The notes under the pieces were generated by a model. That model made no database searches. It was not told the DNA's origin and saw only the letters and a program-made list of their open reading frames with translations. The position numbers and the translations under genes were made by a program. Positions 16,126-25,344 of a stretch of 64,000 bases of DNA are shown one piece after another. The stretch lies in sequence record PQ898399.1; one strand, given 5' to 3'. Numbering within the stretch: position 1 is the stretch's first letter; the number at the start of each line of letters is the position of its first letter.

Positions 16126-16881
16126 ATGATCCTCCCAGAACAAGAAGAAGTTGCTGGCGTATTAGGCCGTGTCTTCGATGCGTATACTCGTTCCCGTGGT
16201 GTAATCCGTCCTCACTTCATTTTGTCTGGTGAATCAGGATCGGGTAAGTCACATCTCATTAAAACGTTAGCCAAAGAGCGTGATATCGAGGTACTCGAAG
16301 TCAATGCTGCTGGCTTAACTAAAGAAGGCGTATCCGGTAACTCATTATCGAAAGCCTTAACTCCCCTGCGTAACATGAACGCTACAGGTGGCATCGTTAT
16401 CTTCGTAGATGAGTTCGACAAGCTGTTCACCAACGGTGTAGGCGGAGATACTCATGAAGCCCTTGCTGGTGTCCAGAATGAATTTCTGACCATGTTGGAA
16501 AGCGATACAGCCAGCGTATTTGGCGACTACGGTAAATATGAAAAGGTTAATGTAGGGCAGACGCTATTCGTGTTTGCCGGAGCATTCAATGGTGAGGCTA
16601 ACCTTACCCATGAACGGATGCGTGAAATGGGTGTACGTACAGAATTTCTGGGGCGTGTAGCTCTGCACTTCAGCACTACTCGCCCATCACTTCAATCACT
16701 CCTGGATCTCGTCCCAGAGAACATTCTTCTGATGGAATATCTGAAAGCCTTCAGTAAGCAAAACCAGAAGAAGAAGATCATCAACGAAATTCAGGCTCAG
16801 ATTAAGATGGCCTACAAGAAGAATGCCATTGGTGTTCGTATCGTAAGTCAACTCGTTCACCAATATTTCCTACAGGTATAG
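16126..16881 (+). CDS. Minimal ClpX/HslU-like AAA+ ATPase
   Basis: GESGSGKS, IFVDEFDK, GVQNEFL, FAGAF, EFLGR. Confidence 0.8.
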   Translation: MILPEQEEVAGVLGRVFDAYTRSRGVIRPHFILSGESGSGKSHLIKTLAKERDIEVLEVNAAGLTKEGVSGNSLSKALTPLRNMNATGGIVIFVDEFDKLFTNGVGGDTHEALAGVQNEFLTMLESDTASVFGDYGKYEKVNVGQTLFVFAGAFNGEANLTHERMREMGVRTEFLGRVALHFSTTRPSLQSLLDLVPENILLMEYLKAFSKQNQKKKIINEIQAQIKMAYKKNAIGVRIVSQLVHQYFLQV

Positions 16882-16883
16882 CT

Positions 16884-17087
16884 ATGAGTGACTTTGTAAA
16901 AAATCCTGACTGGAAAACCATCCTATTAATGGGGTTCATCTTAGGCTTCATTGCTATGGGTATATTGTCTTATATGTCTGTAACAAAAGAAGTAAAGGCT
17001 AAGAAAACTGAGTGTGAACTTAATATTCCCAGGAACCAAAAATGTGTAATGCAATTTGTTCCTGAAATCAAACAAACCAGAGGTTAA
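16884..17087 (+). CDS. Small membrane protein
   Basis: One TM segment; CELNIPRNQKC tail. Confidence 0.7.
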   Translation: MSDFVKNPDWKTILLMGFILGFIAMGILSYMSVTKEVKAKKTECELNIPRNQKCVMQFVPEIKQTRG

Positions 17088-17089
17088 AA

Positions 17090-18124
17090 ATGGCTGTCGA
17101 AACCCTTATCGCTGATGTAATCCCATTCGTTAAACGTGTTATCACCAAACGTTTGGTTCCAATGATCCACGGTAGCCCGGCTATCGGTAAATCCGATATC
17201 GTCAAGCAGATTGCTGCTGAAGCAAAACTGTGGGTAATTGATATCCGTCTGTCCATGTATGACCCGGCTGACCTTAACGGTCTGCCATTCCGTACAGAAA
17301 AGAACGGGCGTCAACTGGCAGAGTATCTACCGTTCGGTGTATTCCCAACTGAAGACACCCCGATCCCGGAAGGCTATAAAGGCTGGCTCATCTTCATGGA
17401 TGAACTGCCATCAGCAGTCCCTGCTGTTCAGGCGGCTGCTTTTAAACTAATCCTGGATCGTGAAGTAGGTCAGCACAAGCTGCACCCAATGGCCTTCATG
17501 GTTGCCGCAGGTAACACTGAAGACGATGGTGCGATTGTTAACCCGCTGCCGACTCCATTGCAGTCACGTATGATCAACTTCAAGGTTAAACCAGAACTGA
17601 AATCGTTCCTGGCTTACGCTCTGAAGCACGGTCTGGACTATCGAATCGCTGCGTTCCTCGAATTTAAACCGGAGTATCTGTATAAGTTCGATCCGAACCA
17701 CGATGACCTGACGTATTCCTCACCACGTACTTTGATGTTCCTGTCAAAGTTGATTAACGGTGAGACTGTCACTCGTGATGATCTGCCCCTGGTTGCTGGT
17801 ACTATCGGCCAGGCTGCTGCAAATGAGTTCATCAGCTTTGTTAAGCTATATGACGAAATCGCTAAGATTTCCGATATCGTTGCCAACCCTCTGACAGCGA
17901 AATGCCCGACCAACAACCCATCCCTGTGCTTTGCAATGGCTGGTTCATTGTCTCAGCACGCAACCAAAAAGAATCTGCCTGCGTTCATTCAGTACGCTGA
18001 ACGAATGGATATGGAATACCAGATCATTACCCTGCGTCAAATCCTCGGTCGTCACCCTGACCTCATGGACGAAGAGTGCATGGAAGAATGGATTAATAAA
18101 TATTCTTCCGAAATCTGGAACTAA
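17090..18124 (+). CDS. MoxR-like AAA+ ATPase (N4 gp24-like)
   Basis: GSPAIGKS, IFMDEL, AAGN, LQSR. Confidence 0.9.
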   Translation: MAVETLIADVIPFVKRVITKRLVPMIHGSPAIGKSDIVKQIAAEAKLWVIDIRLSMYDPADLNGLPFRTEKNGRQLAEYLPFGVFPTEDTPIPEGYKGWLIFMDELPSAVPAVQAAAFKLILDREVGQHKLHPMAFMVAAGNTEDDGAIVNPLPTPLQSRMINFKVKPELKSFLAYALKHGLDYRIAAFLEFKPEYLYKFDPNHDDLTYSSPRTLMFLSKLINGETVTRDDLPLVAGTIGQAAANEFISFVKLYDEIAKISDIVANPLTAKCPTNNPSLCFAMAGSLSQHATKKNLPAFIQYAERMDMEYQIITLRQILGRHPDLMDEECMEEWINKYSSEIWN

Positions 18125-18128
18125 ACCC

Positions 18129-18150
18129 TGGGGCTTCGGCCCCACTTTTT
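18129..18150 (+). terminator. Intrinsic terminator
   Basis: TGGGGC-TTCG-GCCCCA-CTTTTT. Confidence 0.75.
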
Positions 18151-18163
18151 AACTGGAGTATTC

Positions 18164-18694
18164 ATGCAATACAGCAAACTGCCTTGCGAATTAAAAGAAC
18201 TGGTTCGCCATATGATTAGTGTGTATATGAGCACTAATGATGGCCTGATCTCCCGTAGCGACGTTACCAACATCCTGGATGCTGTGAGCGTACTGGCTGA
18301 ACCTTCTGTATCCGGTTCTGTCGGGGAAATGAAAGTTGACCCAGCTAAACCAGAAAGCGAAGAAACTGCGTATCAATACACAACGCCAGAGATCCCTGAA
18401 GAGGGTAAATTCTCTGATGATGCTATCGATGCCCTGCTGTTCGCTCTGTTCGGTGCTGGCCTGACTCAGGCTGCTGAGTCGGTTGTTGACCGGGTAGAAA
18501 CTGCTAAGCCTCGCTGGAAAGTTACTGCCACCTCTGGTGACATTACTCTCTGGGTAAATGTTGATCAGCCGCAGAAATACATTGCCGTAGGGCGTGGTAA
18601 GAAGCTCGGCTTCGAACTGCCACAAGGCAATGATCTGCCACCAGCAGAACTGGTAGCCCACATGCTGGACATGTTTGGCGAAAACGTAGCGTAA
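18164..18694 (+). CDS. Hypothetical protein
   Basis: GGAG RBS. Confidence 0.75.
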   Translation: MQYSKLPCELKELVRHMISVYMSTNDGLISRSDVTNILDAVSVLAEPSVSGSVGEMKVDPAKPESEETAYQYTTPEIPEEGKFSDDAIDALLFALFGAGLTQAAESVVDRVETAKPRWKVTATSGDITLWVNVDQPQKYIAVGRGKKLGFELPQGNDLPPAELVAHMLDMFGENVA

Positions 18695-18708
18695 GAAAGG
18701 AAACCAGT

Positions 18709-19290
18709 ATGTTTACTAAACAGCCGTGGCTTAACCCTCAAGGGTTAATACCCACCGAACAGAAGTATCAGGAAATGTACGAGCAATCGTGGCTATCCCA
18801 GTTTGAAAAGGCAGAAACAGTTCACATACTGGTTCCTTCAGCATTCTATAAGGATGCAAAGGTGATTGCCGACAACCTGACAGAACCTAACGAATTCCGT
18901 AATGATGTTCGAGTAGGTGATGACCTTTATTTCCTGACTCGCAGTATAAAGCCATCTCGTCCTAACGTGTCTACAGAGCTATGTAAAGGGTTAATACCCC
19001 ACGCTACAGCTTTGTATAAAAACCAGAAGATGCAACGTGATGTAATCACTATTACCTGGTTTTACTGGGATTGGGCTTCAGCTATTCATAGTCTGTTGAC
19101 TAACTACACAGAAATTAAATTACCGGATTCTATGTTACCTGAGTATATGGCTACAGCCTGTGGCCTTAACTGGAAAGATCAGGTGGCCTATATCCGTAAA
19201 CTTAAAACCATTCAGTTATTAAAAGGTAACTCTGATGGATTTCCAAAAACTACTGTCGAAAGCCCGCATTGGACTCCTGGCAAAAGATGA
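18709..19290 (+). CDS. Hypothetical protein with near-C-terminal KT-LLG-like motif
   Basis: DQVAYIRKLKTIQLLKG; overlaps next gene by 56 nt. Confidence 0.65.
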   Translation: MFTKQPWLNPQGLIPTEQKYQEMYEQSWLSQFEKAETVHILVPSAFYKDAKVIADNLTEPNEFRNDVRVGDDLYFLTRSIKPSRPNVSTELCKGLIPHATALYKNQKMQRDVITITWFYWDWASAIHSLLTNYTEIKLPDSMLPEYMATACGLNWKDQVAYIRKLKTIQLLKGNSDGFPKTTVESPHWTPGKR

Positions 19291-20392
19291 GTTTGTATTC
19301 TACAGCTCAATCATTCTGGGCGTTAAGCACTCCATCGATACCAAAGCAGAAACTGCCTATACCGATGGACTCAACTGTTATTACAACCCGGAGTTCTTCG
19401 AAAAGCTTACCAAAGATGAACGTGAGTTTCTGGTAGCCCATGAAGGGTTACACATTGCCTTAGAGCACTGTACTTCACGCTCTGCTGGCATGGATCCAGA
19501 ACGTTGGAATGATGCCTGTGATTATGTCATTAATGACATTCTCATCCGTGCTGGCTTGAAAATGCCTGCCGGAGGATTGCACGATGTGCAGTACCGGAAC
19601 ATGTCCACTCTTCAGGTTTATCGTCTTCTCGAAGAGAAGGATAAACAAAACGGCGGTGGAGGATCTGGTGGCAACCAGTTAGGTGGTAAGCAACTGCGTG
19701 ACCTCAAAGAGCCAGCAGTAAATGACCAGAAAAAGCGGGAAGAGATCAAGCAACAAGCTGAAGATCTCGTAATGCGTGGTAAAACTCTCGCTGAAATGTC
19801 CGGTGAAATGCCAGGAGATATCGGCCCGGATCTGCAACGTATCATTGATCGGCTAACTAAGCCTGTCATTCCGTGGCAGCGTGTATTGCAGCGTTTCTTC
19901 AATGCAATGCAGAAGAACGACTTCACCTGGGCGCGTCCAAACCGTCGATATATAAGCCAGGATATTTACCTGCCGTCTATGCTATCGCCTGCCCTGGGGC
20001 CGATTGACTTCGCCTGGGATACCTCCGGTTCTATCACCGACAAGATCTTTAACTATTTTGTCAGTGAAACTTACCATGTACTCAAACGTTTCAAGCCAGA
20101 GTATGTAAATGTTATGCAGTTCGATCATGTCATGCGTAGTCGTGACAAGGTACGTAACATGCGTGACCTGCTTAAACTGGAGATGCAAGGCGGTGGTGGT
20201 ACTCGTGTAGACGAATCCATCGAAGCATTTGCTAAGGCAAACTCACAGGCACTTATTGTGCTGACGGATGGTTATGTGAATACTCACCACATCCCAAATC
20301 CAGGTAAGCCTGTAATCTGGTGCGTTTACCATAACAAAGCATTCCAGCCACCTTGGGGGCAGGTAGTGCATTTCGAAATGCCGGAGGAGTGA
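19235..20392 (+). CDS. Metallopeptidase-like + vWA domain protein (N4 gp25-like)
   Basis: AYTDG, HEGLH (HExxH), WDTSGS and LTDG MIDAS elements. Confidence 0.9.
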   Translation: MDFQKLLSKARIGLLAKDEFVFYSSIILGVKHSIDTKAETAYTDGLNCYYNPEFFEKLTKDEREFLVAHEGLHIALEHCTSRSAGMDPERWNDACDYVINDILIRAGLKMPAGGLHDVQYRNMSTLQVYRLLEEKDKQNGGGGSGGNQLGGKQLRDLKEPAVNDQKKREEIKQQAEDLVMRGKTLAEMSGEMPGDIGPDLQRIIDRLTKPVIPWQRVLQRFFNAMQKNDFTWARPNRRYISQDIYLPSMLSPALGPIDFAWDTSGSITDKIFNYFVSETYHVLKRFKPEYVNVMQFDHVMRSRDKVRNMRDLLKLEMQGGGGTRVDESIEAFAKANSQALIVLTDGYVNTHHIPNPGKPVIWCVYHNKAFQPPWGQVVHFEMPEE

Positions 20393-20409
20393 TCCTCTGC
20401 GGAGGAATC

Positions 20410-21738
20410 ATGTCTGATGAAATTGTATTAAACGAGGGGCAGAAAGCTTGCATTAAGCAAGTTCACGGCTTCCTCGGAAGCTCAGCAGAAACCTTTATGG
20501 TTATTGATGGTGCTGGTGGTACGGGTAAAACTACGGTTGCAAAGCATATCGTAAAGACCCTCCATGAGTACCACAAAACCAGAGCACTGCTGGGCTTCAA
20601 AGGTAAGACCGAATTAAAGGTGGCATTCACTGCCACCACAAACAAAGCCTGTGAAGCTCTGCGCTTTGCATTAGGTGGGCCGGGGGAAGTTGTTCAGGAT
20701 GTGCCAACCATCCACAGCTTCCTACGACTGATCATGGCAGAAAATCCTGTCACCATGAAGGATGAACTGACTGACTCAGATCCTAACCTGCGACTCGGTA
20801 AAATGCTGGTATTCATTGATGAAGCCAGCTATATCGACGAGGAATTGATGGCTTACATTGAGGCTAAAGTAACCCCTGGTGAAACCAAAGTTATCTTCAT
20901 GGGCGATCCTGCTCAGCTTAAAAGTGCTGGCTCCAAACGGATGCCTGTGTTTGATAACGGTACATATCGCCGTGCTGTACTTACAAAAGTGGAACGCTTT
21001 GACGAATCAACGCCAATTCATGATTTGGCTGTAAAGCTGCGTGAGTTGATTCTGGCTGGTGACTATCGTATTCCAAAGTGTCCTATCGACGGTAAGCATA
21101 TCATCTGGCTTCCACGCCCGCAGTTTGACCGTCTGATGTTATCTGACATGAGTTCAAACGATTGGTCGTACAGTACCAGTAAGTTTCTGGCTTACCGTAA
21201 TAAACGGGTGCAGCAGTACAACAAAGGACTGTACGAACATATTCAGGGTTCCCGGAACTTCCGGGCTGGTGACTATGCAGTCAATAACCATTTCGTATCC
21301 GGCACTAAAGCCAGTGGCGGTATTGGTACTGATCGGATGGTATTTATTGATGCAATGGAGCCAACTGTAGAACTGGATGTACCAGGTCACTGGGTATACC
21401 TGGACGGACAGGATAAACGTAAGTTCTTCCTGCCTGATGATCACAATGCCATCGTGCGTATGCAACGTCGGTACTTCCGCTTAATGGAACGTGCCGAAAA
21501 TGAGCACGATGAGCATGTAGCCAGAGAGCACTTCAAGAAGATAAAGAATACCTGGATTGACCTACGGCCTATTTATAGCCAGACGGTCTATAAAGCCCAG
21601 GGATCCACCTTCAGACGCGTGTTCATCGATCTGGCTGACCTTGGGTATTGCCCAGACCCAGAACAGCGTATGCGTATGCTATACGTTGCCTGTAGCCGTG
21701 CTCGTAAGCAGTTATTCCTCACTGGAGACTTTTACTGA
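20410..21738 (+). CDS. SF1 DNA helicase (Dda/RecD-like, N4 gp37-like)
   Basis: GAGGTGKT, IDEAS, GDPAQL, TVYKAQGST, LYVACSRAR. Confidence 0.92.
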   Translation: MSDEIVLNEGQKACIKQVHGFLGSSAETFMVIDGAGGTGKTTVAKHIVKTLHEYHKTRALLGFKGKTELKVAFTATTNKACEALRFALGGPGEVVQDVPTIHSFLRLIMAENPVTMKDELTDSDPNLRLGKMLVFIDEASYIDEELMAYIEAKVTPGETKVIFMGDPAQLKSAGSKRMPVFDNGTYRRAVLTKVERFDESTPIHDLAVKLRELILAGDYRIPKCPIDGKHIIWLPRPQFDRLMLSDMSSNDWSYSTSKFLAYRNKRVQQYNKGLYEHIQGSRNFRAGDYAVNNHFVSGTKASGGIGTDRMVFIDAMEPTVELDVPGHWVYLDGQDKRKFFLPDDHNAIVRMQRRYFRLMERAENEHDEHVAREHFKKIKNTWIDLRPIYSQTVYKAQGSTFRRVFIDLADLGYCPDPEQRMRMLYVACSRARKQLFLTGDFY

Positions 21739-22262
21739 TGATTAAGGACTACTCGGCAAGGGATGTTCAGCGAATTGTCACGTACTGTCTCAACTGGCTT
21801 TACGCTAAGTCTGTAACTCATTTCAATGAGGAGATATTCAATATCGCCGTACAGAACCGTGAAGCCAGACAGTCAACAATACTGACGTTCCGTTTCGGGA
21901 CTGAGACTTTCAAGTATGAAAATACTGAAATCCGTTTCCCACAAACTTTGGTTAAAGAACTCTACCCAGCTATGCACGCTATTATGGCTCGTAGACGTAA
22001 GATCCTCACCGAGGAACAAGCGTATGCAAATGCAGCCTTAGTAGCTGCGTGCTCACGTTGTGAGACTGCAAGCCAGTTGTATCAATTACTCCCTGTAAAG
22101 CTGCATGAGGCATTGCATAACATGCAAATTAGTCGGGAGATCGAACCACCATTTGAGCCGTTATCGGAAAAAGTGGTAAGTGAATTTCAAGAGAAGCACG
22201 CAGTCAATCTGGACAAGATTGCACAGCGTATTACTCGTAACCTGTTGGGAATTATCCAATGA
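21738..22262 (+). CDS. Conserved hypothetical protein (N4 gp38-like)
   Basis: Position after helicase; size about 175 aa. Confidence 0.65.
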   Translation: MIKDYSARDVQRIVTYCLNWLYAKSVTHFNEEIFNIAVQNREARQSTILTFRFGTETFKYENTEIRFPQTLVKELYPAMHAIMARRRKILTEEQAYANAALVAACSRCETASQLYQLLPVKLHEALHNMQISREIEPPFEPLSEKVVSEFQEKHAVNLDKIAQRITRNLLGIIQ

Positions 22263-22609
22263 CCGAACAAACTAAAATCGACGTAAGTTACAACAAAGAC
22301 AAAACCTGGACGGTGCTGATTAAGCAACCTGACGGCACTGAAGTGAAGCAATCACTGAAGCTGGAAGGTATGGCTCAGGTAGCTATGCTGGCTATGCTGA
22401 CTCGCCTCACCGAGTTTGAAGAAAAAGCACGACTGTGGACTCAGCCTACACCTGAAATGGTTCAGGCTGGTCTGGCTGAAGTTCAAAATCAATTTGATGA
22501 ATGGTTAAGTTCCGGGGACGGTGAAGCCCCTACAGATAACCAGGCATCTGATTTTGCCGTATTCGTGCTCCAGGCTATGGCAGGCAAACTGCCGAAGGCA
22601 GGTGAATGA
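22259..22609 (+). CDS. Hypothetical protein
   Basis: Coupled ORF; PTPEMVQAG. Confidence 0.7.
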   Translation: MTEQTKIDVSYNKDKTWTVLIKQPDGTEVKQSLKLEGMAQVAMLAMLTRLTEFEEKARLWTQPTPEMVQAGLAEVQNQFDEWLSSGDGEAPTDNQASDFAVFVLQAMAGKLPKAGE

Positions 22610-22800
22610 TGGTACAGGCCGTAGCCACTGCACAAACGTCGTATCGCCTGGTGCTGGATCTCACACCAAACGAACTGGTTACTCTCCAGGGGATCATGCA
22701 AAACCCGTTCTGGAACCCAGAACAACCAGACCTGGAGCCGGAGGATGTGAAAGCAATCCGTAAAGCCATTTTCAATGCGTGTTCCCAACACCGCACCTAA
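22606..22800 (+). CDS. Hypothetical protein
   Basis: Coupled ORF. Confidence 0.65.
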   Translation: MMVQAVATAQTSYRLVLDLTPNELVTLQGIMQNPFWNPEQPDLEPEDVKAIRKAIFNACSQHRT

Positions 22801-22806
22801 CTAAAT

Positions 22807-22835
22807 AAGCCAGATTTATTCTGGCTTTTTCTTTT
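22807..22835 (+). terminator. Intrinsic terminator
   Basis: AAGCCAGA-TTTAT-TCTGGCTT-TTTCTTTT. Confidence 0.75.
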
Positions 22836-22869
22836 AAAAGTCTTTGTAAATCTTACTTGAGGAATTCAA

Positions 22870-25344
22870 ATGCAAGTCGCAACTCTCGATCATGGCTCGT
22901 CTGCAACGCTGGGTGCTGTAGCTGCACCGCAAGCTGTATCCATTACTGGTGATATGTCGCTCATTATGATGCTGACCACCAACCTGTATTCAAACCAGAT
23001 GTTAGCAGCTATCCGTGAACCGCTGTGTAACGCGTGGGATGCCAACATCGAAGCCGGTACTACCGATCAACCACTGGTGATTAAAATCACCAAAGACGGC
23101 AACCTGATGATTCAGGATAGCGGTCTGGGTATCCCGGCAGAGAAAATGAAAGACGTATACGGTGTATACGGTCAATCTACCAAAAAGGACAATGACGCCG
23201 TTACTGGTGGCTTTGGCCTGGGTAGTAAAGCTCCTTGGGCTTTGGCTGACAGCTTCCGTGTGATATCTGAATGCGGCGGTATTAAGACCATCTACAACAT
23301 GCCTAAATCATGTGTGGAAAATGATGGTCTGCCCGGTATTCTGCCAGTGGCTACTATGCCAACTGAACGTTCTGGTTTAACTCTGTTAATCCCGATCCCT
23401 GAAGACAAAATGGCTGAAGCAGTTGACTACGTTAAAGCCATTGTCTGTCACGGTGCAATGAATGCGACCTTCGAAAACGAGATCATCGGTGAAGGCCCAT
23501 ATCCAATGCCTGTGCTGGAAATGTCAGACGAGCCAGGTTCGTATAACGTGGATTCTACAAGCTGGTGGCGTGGTTACATGGGTGACCATTCGATCTTTGT
23601 TCGTTATGGTGCTGTCATCTATCCGATGCTGCGTAACCCAAAAACGGACAAAGTAGCTAACGTACTGGAAGACTTCATGGGTATGGTAGGTTTCCGTCGT
23701 ATGGTCGTTCAGGCCGCACCAGGCAGCCTGGCATTGACTCCAAGCCGTGAAGCCTTGTCATCGCATAAGATGACAGAAGATGGCCTTGTAGACCTTCTGA
23801 CGGCACTAGTTAAGCGTATCGAAGAAGACCTGATTCAGCAGATTCCAGATAGCATTAAACATGCGATCCATAAGCTGGAAACAGCTAATTATATGGAATT
23901 CAGCAATGAGACTACTTTAACCTCCCGTCACGATGGTGCATGTGCTATTCAACCTCATGCGGTGCGTAAATATCTTCGCTCAAAGTTGGGTAGCGGGTTC
24001 CTCGCTAAGTATCAGCGTTTCCTGTACCACGCAGAAAACCGGGGCTTCAAACTTAAGTATCAGTTTGAAAACCAGTCAGCAACTAAGCGCTATCACAAGC
24101 TGCGTTTGATGTTCATTGAAAACTACAAACGTCGTGCTAATCGCCGAGGAATTCTGCTGCAATTCTTCAATCACTACGTGATGCGACCTATGGGTAAAGT
24201 ATTTACTACCAACCCCGATATGCACCCTAGCAACTTACGCCTCAGTTTCCAGAACTACTGGAATGATCGCAAAGTTACTAAAGGCGACTTCTGCCATTCA
24301 ATGGGTAATGGTGAAGACTTCAAACGTCTGAAGGAAATGGTGGATAAAAAGGTTTACGTATTTATCACCACCCGTCTGGCAGGCGTAGCCAAAAGCATCA
24401 ACGATTGCCCTAGCATTGGTCATACTGACCTGGCCTGGGTATATCGCGTAGATCCGAAGAAGCGTAAAGAGATTGCCAACTATGTTAAGGCATTCGAAGA
24501 TGCCGGGTATTCTGTAGTGGATCTAAGCCAGAACCATTCATGGGACTCAGTTGCACAGGAAGCTCTGCTTGCTGCTCGCACTAAGCCCAAGAAGGCGAAG
24601 GAAGATAAACCCCAGATTAAAAACATGCTGGCTACTCTGGTGAACTTCTACACCCCACGTCGTAAACGTAAGATGGAAATCGGTGAAATTTCTGTAGCCG
24701 AAAACCTCACTTACGTAACGGATTCTCCCCTGTTCTATGTAGAACTGGATGAGTTCCGTAAAGACACTCTGGGGCGTTTCGTTCACATCGCTGATCTGAC
24801 TGACGAAGAAATGCAATTCGGTGTGGTAGTGCGTAATGGTATTGAACGCCGTATGGCTGAAAACCGTGGGGCTATCTCTGTGGACAATTACTTTGCTCCT
24901 AAGCTGGTTGCTAAGCTGAAGACCAAAGCATATGCCCGGTACGTTACCAAACAACGCCAACCATCAATTAGCGAAGAGTTTGATGTTACTTCAAGCGATC
25001 TTAAGCTGTTCCGTACACTGGGTATTACCTTACCTGGTTTGGACAAACTTAAGTTCATTCCTGAACTGGAACGAGCACGCGAACGTGCAAGATCCTATCC
25101 AGGAACCCTGCTGGCTACTATCGACGATCCGGTAGAACAGGATGCTTTACAGGCTATCCTGGGCTTAACTTTCGAAGCTCCGGCATTCGTCAATAAATTG
25201 GCAATCCTGAAAAAAGACCCGATGTTGCGTCAGTTAAATATGCGCAATAACAGTCTGCTTGACTGGATTGATCAATATCCAGAGCGTATTCCTGCTCTGA
25301 AATCCCTCGTTTTAAGCGCGCTCAAAAACGGAAATAAATCATGA
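22870..25344 (+). CDS. rIIA: rIIA-like protein (GHKL/Hsp90-like ATPase domain)
   Basis: [40 protein letters not shown]. Confidence 0.92.
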   Translation: MQVATLDHGSSATLGAVAAPQAVSITGDMSLIMMLTTNLYSNQMLAAIREPLCNAWDANIEAGTTDQPLVIKITKDGNLMIQDSGLGIPAEKMKDVYGVYGQSTKKDNDAVTGGFGLGSKAPWALADSFRVISECGGIKTIYNMPKSCVENDGLPGILPVATMPTERSGLTLLIPIPEDKMAEAVDYVKAIVCHGAMNATFENEIIGEGPYPMPVLEMSDEPGSYNVDSTSWWRGYMGDHSIFVRYGAVIYPMLRNPKTDKVANVLEDFMGMVGFRRMVVQAAPGSLALTPSREALSSHKMTEDGLVDLLTALVKRIEEDLIQQIPDSIKHAIHKLETANYMEFSNETTLTSRHDGACAIQPHAVRKYLRSKLGSGFLAKYQRFLYHAENRGFKLKYQFENQSATKRYHKLRLMFIENYKRRANRRGILLQFFNHYVMRPMGKVFTTNPDMHPSNLRLSFQNYWNDRKVTKGDFCHSMGNGEDFKRLKEMVDKKVYVFITTRLAGVAKSINDCPSIGHTDLAWVYRVDPKKRKEIANYVKAFEDAGYSVVDLSQNHSWDSVAQEALLAARTKPKKAKEDKPQIKNMLATLVNFYTPRRKRKMEIGEISVAENLTYVTDSPLFYVELDEFRKDTLGRFVHIADLTDEEMQFGVVVRNGIERRMAENRGAISVDNYFAPKLVAKLKTKAYARYVTKQRQPSISEEFDVTSSDLKLFRTLGITLPGLDKLKFIPELERARERARSYPGTLLATIDDPVEQDALQAILGLTFEAPAFVNKLAILKKDPMLRQLNMRNNSLLDWIDQYPERIPALKSLVLSALKNGNKS

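Noticed and set aside
22606-22800. RLVLDLTPNELVTLQGIMQ as another KT-LLG member
   Set aside because: Matches only the first half of the motif (strand-TP-helix), which is common in small phage proteins; lacks K-T and LLG.
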